Part shown: positions 45,665-54,299 of the stretch, in pieces
How the letters are laid out: every line of letters begins with the position of its first letter
Numbering within the stretch: the stretch's first letter is position 1
Origin: Vulcanimicrobiota bacterium
GTDB taxonomy: Bacteria; Vulcanimicrobiota; Xenobia; Xenobiales; JADMJV01
Length of the DNA stretch: 64,000 bases
Assembly: GCA_050250895.1 (NCBI GenBank)
Contig: JBFWNU010000006.1
Span: forward strand, 55,513 to 119,512
Reading direction: 5' to 3'
Translations under genes and position numbers: made by a program
The notes under the pieces: model-generated
Database searches by the model: none
The model's input: only the letters and a program-made list of their open reading frames with translations
What the model was told of the DNA's origin: nothing

Positions 45665-47999
45665 CGTGGTCGTTCTCGGCGGCCCGCCACTGCTGCCACC
45701 AGCCGGCGAACTCGTCGTGGTCGAGCATGCGAATACGGGCTGTGTCGTCAAATACCCAGCCCGTCACGCCCGTAACCCGCAGACGCCAGAGCGAGGCGGG
45801 AGCGTCCTCGTCCCAGGCAGCCGGTGGGCGCGGCTTGCGCCAGACGGTGACAGTGTCGGACATGCTGACCAGGTCACCTTGGGGCTGAACATAGACCCAT
45901 TGGGCCTGGTCCTCGGTCTCCACAGCCGGCCAGGCCGGCTGGCCCGAACTCAGGTTATAGCCGCGCATCAGGCCGTCACGGGTGACACACACCAGCAGTT
46001 GGCCGTCCGGGCTGAAGTTCATGTCATTGAGGGTCCGTCCCACCTCGACCTCGGCCAGCAATGGCCCGTTGGTCTGCCAGACTTTGAGTTGGCGATCGCC
46101 GTCGTGGACCGCCAGTCGCGAGCAGTCGGGAGAAAAGCGCAACAGTTCGCCGCGGAGCATCGGGGAGAGCGAGACCCGGCGATAGCCGTCCTGGCGTCGA
46201 TAGAGATCGACCGGGTCGTTGTCCCAACCCACCGCCAGGTCGCCTTCACGAGAGAGAACCGGAGCCGAGATCTGAGCGGGGTGCAAGCGCGGCTCGAACA
46301 CGATCCGACCGGTTCGGTCGCGCACCAGCAAGCGGCCGGTGGTTTCGCGCTCGGCCCGCAGGATCCGATCGGGGCGGATCATCAGGCTCATCAGCCGGGT
46401 CTGGTCCAGGGGCGAGGCGCTGACGCTGACGCTCTCGTTCCAGGTGGCCGGCCCACCCCGACCGTGCTGGGGGTCGAGCAGCACGCCCTCGAGCTGATAG
46501 CGAATCTTGTCGCGCTGGTCCCAGTCGAGAGGGCCAAATTCGGCCGGTAGGGGCGAGGTCTTGCCGCTCACCAGGTCGAGCACCAGCCGCTGGGTGCGGT
46601 CGGCCGGATTGCGGATCAGGGTGTAGGTTCCGCTGGGGCTGGGCGAGGGGTTGCAGGCTCGCCGATACAGGTCAGGCCCGGCCAGATAGGGCAGCGACCC
46701 AAGCTCGCGGGCCAGGCTGCGACGATACTCGGGTTCGGGCTCGGACTCGAGGGCTCGGACCATCCACACCAGTCCGCTGGAGCGGCCCTGCTCGACCAGG
46801 GCTTTGCCTCGGTCGAACTGGGATTGAGCCAGTTGCTGGCGGGCCTCGCGCCGGGCCTGGTAGACCCGTCGGGCGGCCAGGGCCGAGCCCGCCGTCAGCA
46901 CCAGCAGGGCCACCATCGCCACCGAGACCGCCTTGCGATTGCGGCTCAGATAGCGTTCGAGCACGTAGCCCTTGGTGGCGGGCAGGGCCCGCACCGGCAA
47001 GCGTTCGCGGCGGCGCCAGAGGTCCTCGAGCAACTCTCCCATGCCGGCGTAGCGTCGCTCGGGCGAGAGCTCGAGACAGCGCTCGACGATGGCGGCCAGA
47101 CAGCGGTCCACCTGGGGATTGAACCGGGTTACCGATACTAGCTCTGAAGCTTTGAGCAAACTGCGATAGAGGGCCATCTTTTCGTGCGCGGGCTCGGTTT
47201 CACCCAGGCGCGCGCGAGCCTGCTGGTCGGCTCGGGGCGGACGGCCGGTCAGCAGGCGATAGATGGTCGCCCCGAGCGCATAGACATCCCAGGCAACATC
47301 GGGTGCCTGGACGCTCTCCGAAGGCAGTTGAGCCTGCTCCGGCGGCATATACCAGAAGGTGCCCAGCCGGACGGCGTCGCCCTCGAGTTCGACCGCCTTG
47401 CCGAAGTCGACCACTCTGGCTTGCCCTTCTTCCCCCAGCAGAATGTTGGAGGGCTTGAGATCGCAGTGCAAGATGCCCCGACCGTGCACGGCCTGCAGCG
47501 CCTGAGCGATCTGCCAGAACCACAGCACCACCTGCTCGATGTCGGCCTCGGGCACTCGCTCCTCCAGCGAAGCGCTCAGTAAGGGGGTCACCAGGTAGGG
47601 AGGCTCGTGGTCGAGACGGGCATCGAGCAGGGTCACGATATTGGGGTGCTCACTGACCCGAGAGAGACGCTCGACCTCGCGCTGCCACTGGGTCAGAGCC
47701 TCGGGGCGGCCGCTGAGGACTTTGATGGCCACCGGTTGGCCGGTACTTTGCTGCACGCCGCGATAGACCTGACCAAAGGCGCCCCGACCCAGCAAACCCT
47801 CCAGCCGATAGCCGGGTAGGGAAGGAGGTGGGCCCGCCACCGAGGTCTGGCGAGCCAGATCCAGCGAAAGGTCCCCCGCGGTGCCGGTGAGGTCCACGCT
47901 CTGCTCTGGCTCAAGCGTCGCCGCCGGCCCGGGTTTGCCAGTGGATAGCCAAAGGCCGGCTAGCGCCACCAGAATCAACGTCGCCACAACCAGGCCCAC
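45615..47999 (-). CDS. Membrane Ser/Thr kinase with C-terminal WD40-like propeller
   Basis: GRGAFGQV, VAIK, HCDLKPSN, DFG, YMPPEQ, DVYALG; TM; FSPD repeats. Confidence 0.88.
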   Translation of the reverse strand: MGLVVATLILVALAGLWLSTGKPGPAATLEPEQSVDLTGTAGDLSLDLARQTSVAGPPPSLPGYRLEGLLGRGAFGQVYRGVQQSTGQPVAIKVLSGRPEALTQWQREVERLSRVSEHPNIVTLLDARLDHEPPYLVTPLLSASLEERVPEADIEQVVLWFWQIAQALQAVHGRGILHCDLKPSNILLGEEGQARVVDFGKAVELEGDAVRLGTFWYMPPEQAQLPSESVQAPDVAWDVYALGATIYRLLTGRPPRADQQARARLGETEPAHEKMALYRSLLKASELVSVTRFNPQVDRCLAAIVERCLELSPERRYAGMGELLEDLWRRRERLPVRALPATKGYVLERYLSRNRKAVSVAMVALLVLTAGSALAARRVYQARREARQQLAQSQFDRGKALVEQGRSSGLVWMVRALESEPEPEYRRSLARELGSLPYLAGPDLYRRACNPSPSPSGTYTLIRNPADRTQRLVLDLVSGKTSPLPAEFGPLDWDQRDKIRYQLEGVLLDPQHGRGGPATWNESVSVSASPLDQTRLMSLMIRPDRILRAERETTGRLLVRDRTGRIVFEPRLHPAQISAPVLSREGDLAVGWDNDPVDLYRRQDGYRRVSLSPMLRGELLRFSPDCSRLAVHDGDRQLKVWQTNGPLLAEVEVGRTLNDMNFSPDGQLLVCVTRDGLMRGYNLSSGQPAWPAVETEDQAQWVYVQPQGDLVSMSDTVTVWRKPRPPAAWDEDAPASLWRLRVTGVTGWVFDDTARIRMLDHDEFAGWWQQWRAAENDHAKSCGYRSPWAASIEK

Positions 48000-48038
48000 G
48001 GCCCGCCGCTTCGCGGGAGGCCGCCCGTTTTCCCTATC

Positions 48039-48068
48039 TTGACGACCCTAAAAGCCCTGGGTTAGGCT
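48039..48068 (+). promoter_or_regulatory. Sigma70-like promoter upstream of codB
   Basis: TTGACG-N18-TAGGCT. Confidence 0.45.
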
Positions 48069-48077
48069 GTTTGCAAG

Positions 48078-49268
48078 CTGCAAGACTTTCCGCTAGAACC
48101 GGTTCCGGCCGAGGCCCGCCAGAGCGACCTCTCGCTTTGCTTTGTGTTGCTGGGGTTCACCTTTTTCACGGCCACCATGTTTGCGGGGGGCAAAGTCGGC
48201 GTCGCCTTCGAGCTCGGTGCCCTGGTAGCGGTGGTGCTGGTGGCCAATCTTTTGTTGGCAGGCTATGCCGCCATCCTGGGTGTGGCCGCTTTCCGCAGCG
48301 GCCTGCCCACGACCGTGATGGCCCGCTACTGCTTTGGCGAGTGGGGCAGCCGCTGGTCCGATTTCTTGCTGGGCTTTACTCAAATCGGCTGGTATGCCTG
48401 GGGGACGGGCACGGTGGCCGTCGTTTTTGTTCGCCTGGCTGGTCTTTCCCCGAGTTGGCAGCTTCCTCTGATGTTCTTCTTTGGCCTGTTCTTTTGCATC
48501 ACGGCCTATGTCGGCTACCGAGGGCTGGACCTGTTGGCTCGGGTGACGGTCCCGCTGATGGCGGCCCTGATCTTCTGGTCTTTGGCCCGGGCCGCCGCCA
48601 ACTATGCTCCCATCGCCCCCACCGAGTCGTTGGGATGGGGCCAGGCGCTCACCATCATCGTCGGCACCTTCGTCTCCGGAGCCACGCAGTCGACCAACTG
48701 GACACGCTTTGCTTCCAGCCAGCGGGGGGCGATTGGGGCTACCCTGGCAGCTTTCTTGTTGGGCAATGGCCTGATGGTCTTCTATGGTGCCTTCGCAGCC
48801 ATCGTCTATCAACAGCCCGATGTGGTCGAGGTGCTGGCCCTCCAGGGGATCGTCGTGGGGGCCGCGGTCATGTTGTTCGGCAACATCTGGACCACTCAAG
48901 ACAACACCATCTATAACTTCTCGGTAGCCGGCTGCAGTCTCTTGCGCACCGACAATCGGCGGCTGGTCACCCTGGTGGGAGCCCTGCTCGGCACGCTGCT
49001 GGCCGTGTTCGGATTCGCCGACGCTCTGGTTCCTTTTCTACTGCTCCTGGGCACCTGGATTCCACCCCTGGGCGGGGTCATCATGGCCGATTTTTTCTGG
49101 GTGCGGGGGGGAGCCTATCCGCCTCTGTCCGAGGACCTGCCGGCGCTACATTGGCCCGGGATCCTGGCTTATGCGGCCGGGGTGGCGGCCGCCCTCTGGG
49201 TGCCGGGAGTGGCGCCCGTCAACGGGGTGGTGACGGCTTTTCTGGTCTATCGGCTGGCCAGCCGCTGA
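48078..49268 (+). CDS. codB: Cytosine permease (NCS1 family)
   Basis: LGFTFFTATM, TQIGWY, VGTFVSG, NIWTTQDNTIY, IPPLGGVIMAD; CodB-like sequence extends upstream of GTG 48144 to CTG 48078 (start uncertain). Confidence 0.88.
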   Translation: MQDFPLEPVPAEARQSDLSLCFVLLGFTFFTATMFAGGKVGVAFELGALVAVVLVANLLLAGYAAILGVAAFRSGLPTTVMARYCFGEWGSRWSDFLLGFTQIGWYAWGTGTVAVVFVRLAGLSPSWQLPLMFFFGLFFCITAYVGYRGLDLLARVTVPLMAALIFWSLARAAANYAPIAPTESLGWGQALTIIVGTFVSGATQSTNWTRFASSQRGAIGATLAAFLLGNGLMVFYGAFAAIVYQQPDVVEVLALQGIVVGAAVMLFGNIWTTQDNTIYNFSVAGCSLLRTDNRRLVTLVGALLGTLLAVFGFADALVPFLLLLGTWIPPLGGVIMADFFWVRGGAYPPLSEDLPALHWPGILAYAAGVAAALWVPGVAPVNGVVTAFLVYRLASR

Positions 49269-49270
49269 AT

Positions 49271-49501
49271 CTACTCTTGCTCTTCTTGCTTTCGCTGGAT
49301 CTTGCGGATCAGGCGTTGGCGGGCCTCGAGATAGCTCGAGAGAAAGTAGCCGAGCACGCCAAAGGCCAGCGCCATCTCGCCGGCCATGATGGCTCGTGGC
49401 AGATGCTGACCGTGGATACCCAGTGCCCCGGGTTGCACGATGCCCAGGAACAGACCGAAAACGAGGCCGATCAGGATGGGCTTGCCGTGTCGTTCCAGCA
49501 T
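49271..49501 (-). CDS. Small two-TM membrane protein
   Basis: 76 aa, two hydrophobic segments and a charged tail; fills the gap between codB and the vWA gene. Confidence 0.55.
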   Translation of the reverse strand: MLERHGKPILIGLVFGLFLGIVQPGALGIHGQHLPRAIMAGEMALAFGVLGYFLSSYLEARQRLIRKIQRKQEEQE

Positions 49502-49606
49502 ACCGATCTGTTGGCCCTGAACTGGCTCGAGTCCTGGCGGCGGGAAAAGTTCACTGAGTTCAGCTCCCTGGCCAGACTATGCTGGGGTCACTCAAGGAGG
49601 CACGTC

Positions 49607-51106
49607 ATGGCAAGAATCAGTCTATCTCCCGTTCGTGAAGCAATCGAGTTCAACAGCCGGTCGGACCTGTTCGACGCGTTCTTGCAGCCAGCCCACGGCA
49701 GCTATGAGGCGCTGGCCCCGTTGCATCTGCAAGCGCGCGACTATGATCCCATCTTCTATGCTCACTTGTCTTCGTGGTATCTCGAAAACGGTTCGGTGCG
49801 AGACCACCACGAACTGTTCGCAGCCTGTCTGCTGCTCAGCAAGTGGAACGGCCACCGCGATCAGGGCCGCTATCTCTTGCAGTTTCTGCGTCCCTATCAG
49901 CTGGCCCGGATGGTTCGCTGGGTCAAGCAGCACCACTTCGTGCCCCGGGCCATGCGCACGGCCATCAAGTTCTACCTGCGCCGCCGGGAAAAGCAGCCCG
50001 ATTGGTTCGATGAATGCGTGATTCGCGACCGTCAATCCATGAAGTACCTGTACGCTATCTTGCGTCTGGCACCCGGTCGGCGGGCTGAAGCCATCCTCTT
50101 TGGGGATGCCGTTCCGTCCGATAGCCGGGTGGCAGTAGTCCGACAACTGGCCGGCTTGCGGTCGCGCCCCGACCTGCAGGCCGAGTTGATCCGTCGCAAC
50201 CACATCCACTACACCACGGCGGTCGGTCTGATCGGTCAACGAACCCCACAACTGGTCGAGGCTCTGGTCGAGGTCATGACCCCGCAGCAACTGATCAACA
50301 ATCTGCGTTCGCTGAAAAACACCGGCGCTCTTGGACGGGACTCGACCCGGGAACTCATCGCCACCAAGTTGCATCGAGGAGTGACCGAATCGCGGGTCAA
50401 CGACCTCAAGGCCGTCATCGCCATGATGCAGGTCGAGCTGGATCCCGACCTGACCCTGCGCCTGTTTCGCATGACCGAGAACCGGCTGCGTCAGCGCGGT
50501 CGCCTGACCCGGCCCACCGCTCTGCTGGTGGATAAGTCCGGCTCGATGGAGGCGGCCATCGAAGTGGGCAAGCTGATGGCCGCCATGCTCAGCTGCGTGG
50601 CCGAAGCTCCTCTTTACGTCGAGGCCTTCGACGGGCTCTCGTTCACGGTCTCGAGCCGAAGTGCAGGTCTGGGGGCCTGGACCGAGGCCTTTCGACCCAT
50701 CCGGGCTTCTGGCTGCACCAGTATTGGAGCGCCACTTCACAAGCTGCGTGAAAAGTCACTCGAGCAAGTGGTGGTCATCACCGACGGCGAAGAGAACACA
50801 GCGCCCTATTTCGCCGACACCCTGAGGGCCTATGAGGCCCGTTGGAACCGCCAGCTGGATGTCTTCGTGGTCAAGATTGGCCGGGGCAATTCCAGCTTCG
50901 AGCTGGACCTTCTGAATATGCGTCGCCGCCCCACCACCTTTCAGTTCAAGGGCGACTATTACAATCTTCCCAACCTGTTGCCGATGTTGTGCGAGGGTCC
51001 CGAGATGGACCTGTTGGGCAAGGTGCTCGAGCAGCCGCTCTTTAGCCGGGCGGACCTGGACCGTCTTCCTCCGGGCTTTGATCCCGATACCTGCGAGGTG
51101 TTGTGA
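49607..51106 (+). CDS. Helical N-domain plus vWA domain protein (TROVE/Ro60-like architecture)
   Basis: AAGGAGG RBS; DPIFYAHL..WY...VRDH; MTPQQLINNL; MIDAS LVDKSGSM, GCTS, ITDGEEN; GDYY. Confidence 0.8.
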   Translation: MARISLSPVREAIEFNSRSDLFDAFLQPAHGSYEALAPLHLQARDYDPIFYAHLSSWYLENGSVRDHHELFAACLLLSKWNGHRDQGRYLLQFLRPYQLARMVRWVKQHHFVPRAMRTAIKFYLRRREKQPDWFDECVIRDRQSMKYLYAILRLAPGRRAEAILFGDAVPSDSRVAVVRQLAGLRSRPDLQAELIRRNHIHYTTAVGLIGQRTPQLVEALVEVMTPQQLINNLRSLKNTGALGRDSTRELIATKLHRGVTESRVNDLKAVIAMMQVELDPDLTLRLFRMTENRLRQRGRLTRPTALLVDKSGSMEAAIEVGKLMAAMLSCVAEAPLYVEAFDGLSFTVSSRSAGLGAWTEAFRPIRASGCTSIGAPLHKLREKSLEQVVVITDGEENTAPYFADTLRAYEARWNRQLDVFVVKIGRGNSSFELDLLNMRRRPTTFQFKGDYYNLPNLLPMLCEGPEMDLLGKVLEQPLFSRADLDRLPPGFDPDTCEVL

Positions 51107-51663
51107 TGAAACTGCGTGTCTGTGGCGACCATTCGTGTCACGATCCGGCCCAGGCCATGGCCCTCTTTCGCCGGGCCGGCCGCCTGGCTCCCCAGAGTCA
51201 CCTGGTCTGGAAAACCTGGCGGAGCTTTCTAGAACGAGGCTACCTGACCGGCGACGAGGTCGAAAGTCTGGCCTCGATCCGGCGCCTCGAGCCCCTCGAC
51301 TGGGAATGTGTCTGTCCCTATTGTCGCCAGGAGATGACCGACTTTCCCTGGATGGGTAAAGAGCTCGAGCTGGTCCCCTCCGCCGGGCCTGCTCCGGAGT
51401 TGGCGGCCGGAGCGTTGAGCTACGTGCCTCGGCGCCTGATCGGCGTGCTGTTGTTGTTGCCACCCTTGCCGCTGTGGCTGGGTCTCTACTCGTTGGTGAT
51501 CTGCACGCTGTTGGGCCTATGGCCTCGCCGCGTGCTAGCTCGGGGTTGGTCGTTCTGGCGCGGCACCTATGCCTGGCTCTTTCATGACGATTTGGGGGCC
51601 GGCCATTTGCTCTGGGCTCTAGGCTGGATTCCACTCGGGCTCAAGCTCTGGTTGGTGTTCTAG
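51103..51663 (+). CDS. Cys-rich hypothetical membrane protein
   Basis: CGDHSC and CVCPYC motifs, C-terminal TMs; overlaps the vWA stop codon. Confidence 0.65.
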   Translation: MMKLRVCGDHSCHDPAQAMALFRRAGRLAPQSHLVWKTWRSFLERGYLTGDEVESLASIRRLEPLDWECVCPYCRQEMTDFPWMGKELELVPSAGPAPELAAGALSYVPRRLIGVLLLLPPLPLWLGLYSLVICTLLGLWPRRVLARGWSFWRGTYAWLFHDDLGAGHLLWALGWIPLGLKLWLVF

Positions 51664-51694
51664 GAATCTCGCCCGGTGAAGCGAACGGCCGTGT

Positions 51695-52387
51695 ATGAGC
51701 CTAGAATATCGCATCGACTATGCCGGCTCGCACCCGATGGTCACGATCCTGCTCGACTCGGAGCAGTCGGTTCGCGTCGAGCCCGGGGCGATGATCGGAA
51801 TGAGTCCCAACATCGAGTTGACTTCAACCCAACCCGGCGGACTGCATGGCTTAATCGTCAAGCGTCCCGACCAGCCCGAGCGCAGGATGCGGTTTCAGAT
51901 GCTCTACACCGCCCGCGGCGGCTCGGGGCAGTTGATGCTGTCTCCTGGCTTTCCGGGCGAGATCTACGCTATGGAACTCAACAACCACAGCCTGCTGGTG
52001 CAATCCTACTGTCTGCTGGCTTGCGACACCAACCTGGAGGTCGACGAAGAGGTGCCCAACGGTGGGCTCTTTTTCTCGCCCGAGGGTCGTCGCGCCGAGC
52101 AGTACCTGGTGCGCGTCCAGGGGACCGGAGTCTTGCTGTTGTCTTCGTTTGGGGCCAGTCACCTGCATAGTTTGGGGGCCGGCGAGCGCTTTCTCATGGA
52201 TACCTCCCATGTGATGGCGTTCGAAAGCCGAATCGGTTACCAGGTGCGCCAGGCTGCCTCTGAGCTCTGGCTGCGGCTGGCCAGTGCCGAGGGGTTGGTG
52301 GCGGAGTTCGAGGGGCCCGGTGAAGTGCTGGTCCAGACTCGCAACCTCTCGGCCCTCTCGGATCGGCTTCGGCCTTTTCAGGCGTAG
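51695..52387 (+). CDS. AIM24 / TIGR00266 family protein
   Basis: VEPGAMIGMS, PGFPGEI, GTGVLLLSSFG, DTSHVMAF, EGLVAEFEGPGEVLVQTRN. Confidence 0.88.
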   Translation: MSLEYRIDYAGSHPMVTILLDSEQSVRVEPGAMIGMSPNIELTSTQPGGLHGLIVKRPDQPERRMRFQMLYTARGGSGQLMLSPGFPGEIYAMELNNHSLLVQSYCLLACDTNLEVDEEVPNGGLFFSPEGRRAEQYLVRVQGTGVLLLSSFGASHLHSLGAGERFLMDTSHVMAFESRIGYQVRQAASELWLRLASAEGLVAEFEGPGEVLVQTRNLSALSDRLRPFQA

Positions 52388-53154
52388 AGGGGGGCCAGGG
52401 CCGCCCAACCGAGCACCTCTTGAAGGAAGTTCGGATTGGCCAGTAAGCGGTGCCGGCTGGGCTGGCGGGTGATCACCGAAAAGCAGTCGATCATGCGGCG
52501 TCCACCCCAATTAAGCGTCTCCTGGGTGGCGCAGTAGAGGTCGGCCTCTTCGGCCAAACGACGAAAGCATTCGGCCGACATGGTCGGGGCTCTCCATTGG
52601 TCCAGGTCAACCAGGCCCACTCGATTCAGGCGACTTCGAAGCCAGTCGGGCAAACGGGCGGTGCGTCGGAAATAGTCTTGCTGGTCGGCCAGGTTGGAAT
52701 GATGCAGAAAGGCTGAGCCGTCAGGTTTGAGCACGCGCCGCAGTTCACCGAGATAGGCCTGCATCACGTCGGCTTCGGCGTGCACGAGCGACTCGAAGCT
52801 AAAGCAAAAGTCGACGGATTCGTCGGCAACCATCGGTAGACTGGCGCCGTCGTTGACGCTGAACTGGGCTTGAGCACGATCGCGAAACCGCTCTTTGAGC
52901 AAGACGACACAGCTGTCGGAAAGCTCGACACCGGTGTAGCTCCGGCAGTGGTCGAGCAGGTAGTGGGTCCAGCGGCCGTAGCCGGGAGCGATCTCGAGCA
53001 GGTGGGCGCAGGGCAAGAAGCGAGAGATTCGAGGCAGAATGGTGGCCGCCCACTGCAGGCTCGAGCCTCCCCACGGCACCGACCACTCTTCGCCGCCTTC
53101 GGACCAGGCGTAGAGGGTGTTCCAGAAATGGAGGTTTTCATCGCGACTGGGCAT
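52378..53154 (-). CDS. Class I SAM-dependent methyltransferase
   Basis: LEIAPGYGRW, SVDFCFSFESLVH, RVLKPDG; TAGCAT 6 nt before ATG suggests a leaderless transcript. Confidence 0.85.
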   Translation of the reverse strand: MPSRDENLHFWNTLYAWSEGGEEWSVPWGGSSLQWAATILPRISRFLPCAHLLEIAPGYGRWTHYLLDHCRSYTGVELSDSCVVLLKERFRDRAQAQFSVNDGASLPMVADESVDFCFSFESLVHAEADVMQAYLGELRRVLKPDGSAFLHHSNLADQQDYFRRTARLPDWLRSRLNRVGLVDLDQWRAPTMSAECFRRLAEEADLYCATQETLNWGGRRMIDCFSVITRQPSRHRLLANPNFLQEVLGWAALAPLYA

Positions 53155-53250
53155 CGGGCCATGCTAGCTCGAAAAGCCCCGAGGTGACAAGGGTTAGAGC
53201 CGGTACGAAGTGGGTAAAGCCCAATACAGAAATTTCCAGGAGACCAGATC

Positions 53251-53541
53251 ATGACTTTGACCTTGCCTAACCTCGATGAGCTGCTTAAGACCATCGATAA
53301 AGCCGAGCCTCAGCGCTCTTGGAAAGTGTTGCTCTATAACGACAACCGCAATCGGTTTGATGACGTGGTGCTGTGGATTCAGAAAGCCACCGGTTGCTCT
53401 CACGAGTGCGCCAGCGTGATCACCAAAACCGCCCACGAGAACGGCCGCGCTGTTTGCTTCGAGGGTGAACGCGAAAAGTGCCGCCAGGTAGCCGGTTATC
53501 TACGCAATCGAGGCTTGCAGGTCGAAGTCGACGACTATTGA
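53251..53541 (+). CDS. clpS: ATP-dependent Clp protease adaptor ClpS
   Basis: AGGAG RBS; WKVLLYNDNRNRFDDVV...AHENGRAVC. Confidence 0.85.
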   Translation: MTLTLPNLDELLKTIDKAEPQRSWKVLLYNDNRNRFDDVVLWIQKATGCSHECASVITKTAHENGRAVCFEGEREKCRQVAGYLRNRGLQVEVDDY

Positions 53542-54263
53542 GACTGCTCGAGCAGGCGCACTACCTCTTGCCACTCGCCCTGACGGTAGCCTTCGGCGAG
53601 CTGTTTGGCGGTGCGGTTACGCCCGTCTTTGAGGGTGGTGTCGGCCCCGGCCGCCAGCAAAACCTCGATCACTTTGGCCTGGCCAGAGAACGCCGCTTTG
53701 TGAAGCGCGGTCATTCCGTTGGATGCTTTAGCGTTAATCTCGGCCTTGTGCTCGAGCAAGATCTTTACTGACTCGTCATCGCCAGCGGCGGCTGCCAGGA
53801 TTAAGGGAGTTTCGTAAGAGTTGCCCTGGGCGTCGACCAGAGCCCCCTCGTCGACCAGAAATCGGACCACCTCCGCATGGCCTTTATAGGCCGCGTGGTG
53901 AAGGGGTGTGTAGCCGGTTTCGTCGGTGGCGTTAAGGTTCACGCCTTTGGCTAGCTCGAGTCTGAGATTCTCGAGTTGCCCGGCGGCGGCGGCTTTGTGG
54001 ATCATCAGGCTCTGAGAGCCTGAAGGCCTGGCGTCGGTTGGCGTCGGGCGGGGTGGGGGAGCCTGGCGGGGAGGAGGGTGCCCCCCCGGAGGCGGCCCGC
54101 CGGGGGGCGGTTGGCGAAGATCCTGGGCATCCTGCAGCATCGTCTTGGCTCGGGCGTTGACGGGCTGTCCACCCTGGCTGGAAGGGCCGGTAGGGGTTGG
54201 GACTTGGGCCAGCGCCAGGCCAGGCAACATCAGCCCGGTGATGACCACGATCTTGATATTCAT
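53535..54263 (-). CDS. Exported ankyrin-repeat protein with Pro-rich linker
   Basis: Signal peptide (ALA); GYTPLHHAA, ETPLILAA, GMTALHKAA. Confidence 0.9.
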   Translation of the reverse strand: MNIKIVVITGLMLPGLALAQVPTPTGPSSQGGQPVNARAKTMLQDAQDLRQPPPGGPPPGGHPPPRQAPPPRPTPTDARPSGSQSLMIHKAAAAGQLENLRLELAKGVNLNATDETGYTPLHHAAYKGHAEVVRFLVDEGALVDAQGNSYETPLILAAAAGDDESVKILLEHKAEINAKASNGMTALHKAAFSGQAKVIEVLLAAGADTTLKDGRNRTAKQLAEGYRQGEWQEVVRLLEQSQ

Positions 54264-54299
54264 ATTACTCTTTATACCCGTCGCGACGGAAATGTCCCG

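Noticed and set aside
49151-49606. N-terminal extension of the vWA protein
   Set aside because: Overlaps codB and the antisense small gene; strong AAGGAGG RBS supports ATG 49607
49502-49606. Y RNA or tRNA-like element beside the TROVE-like gene
   Set aside because: No recognisable T-loop (GTTCGA) or long terminal stem in the ~100-bp gap
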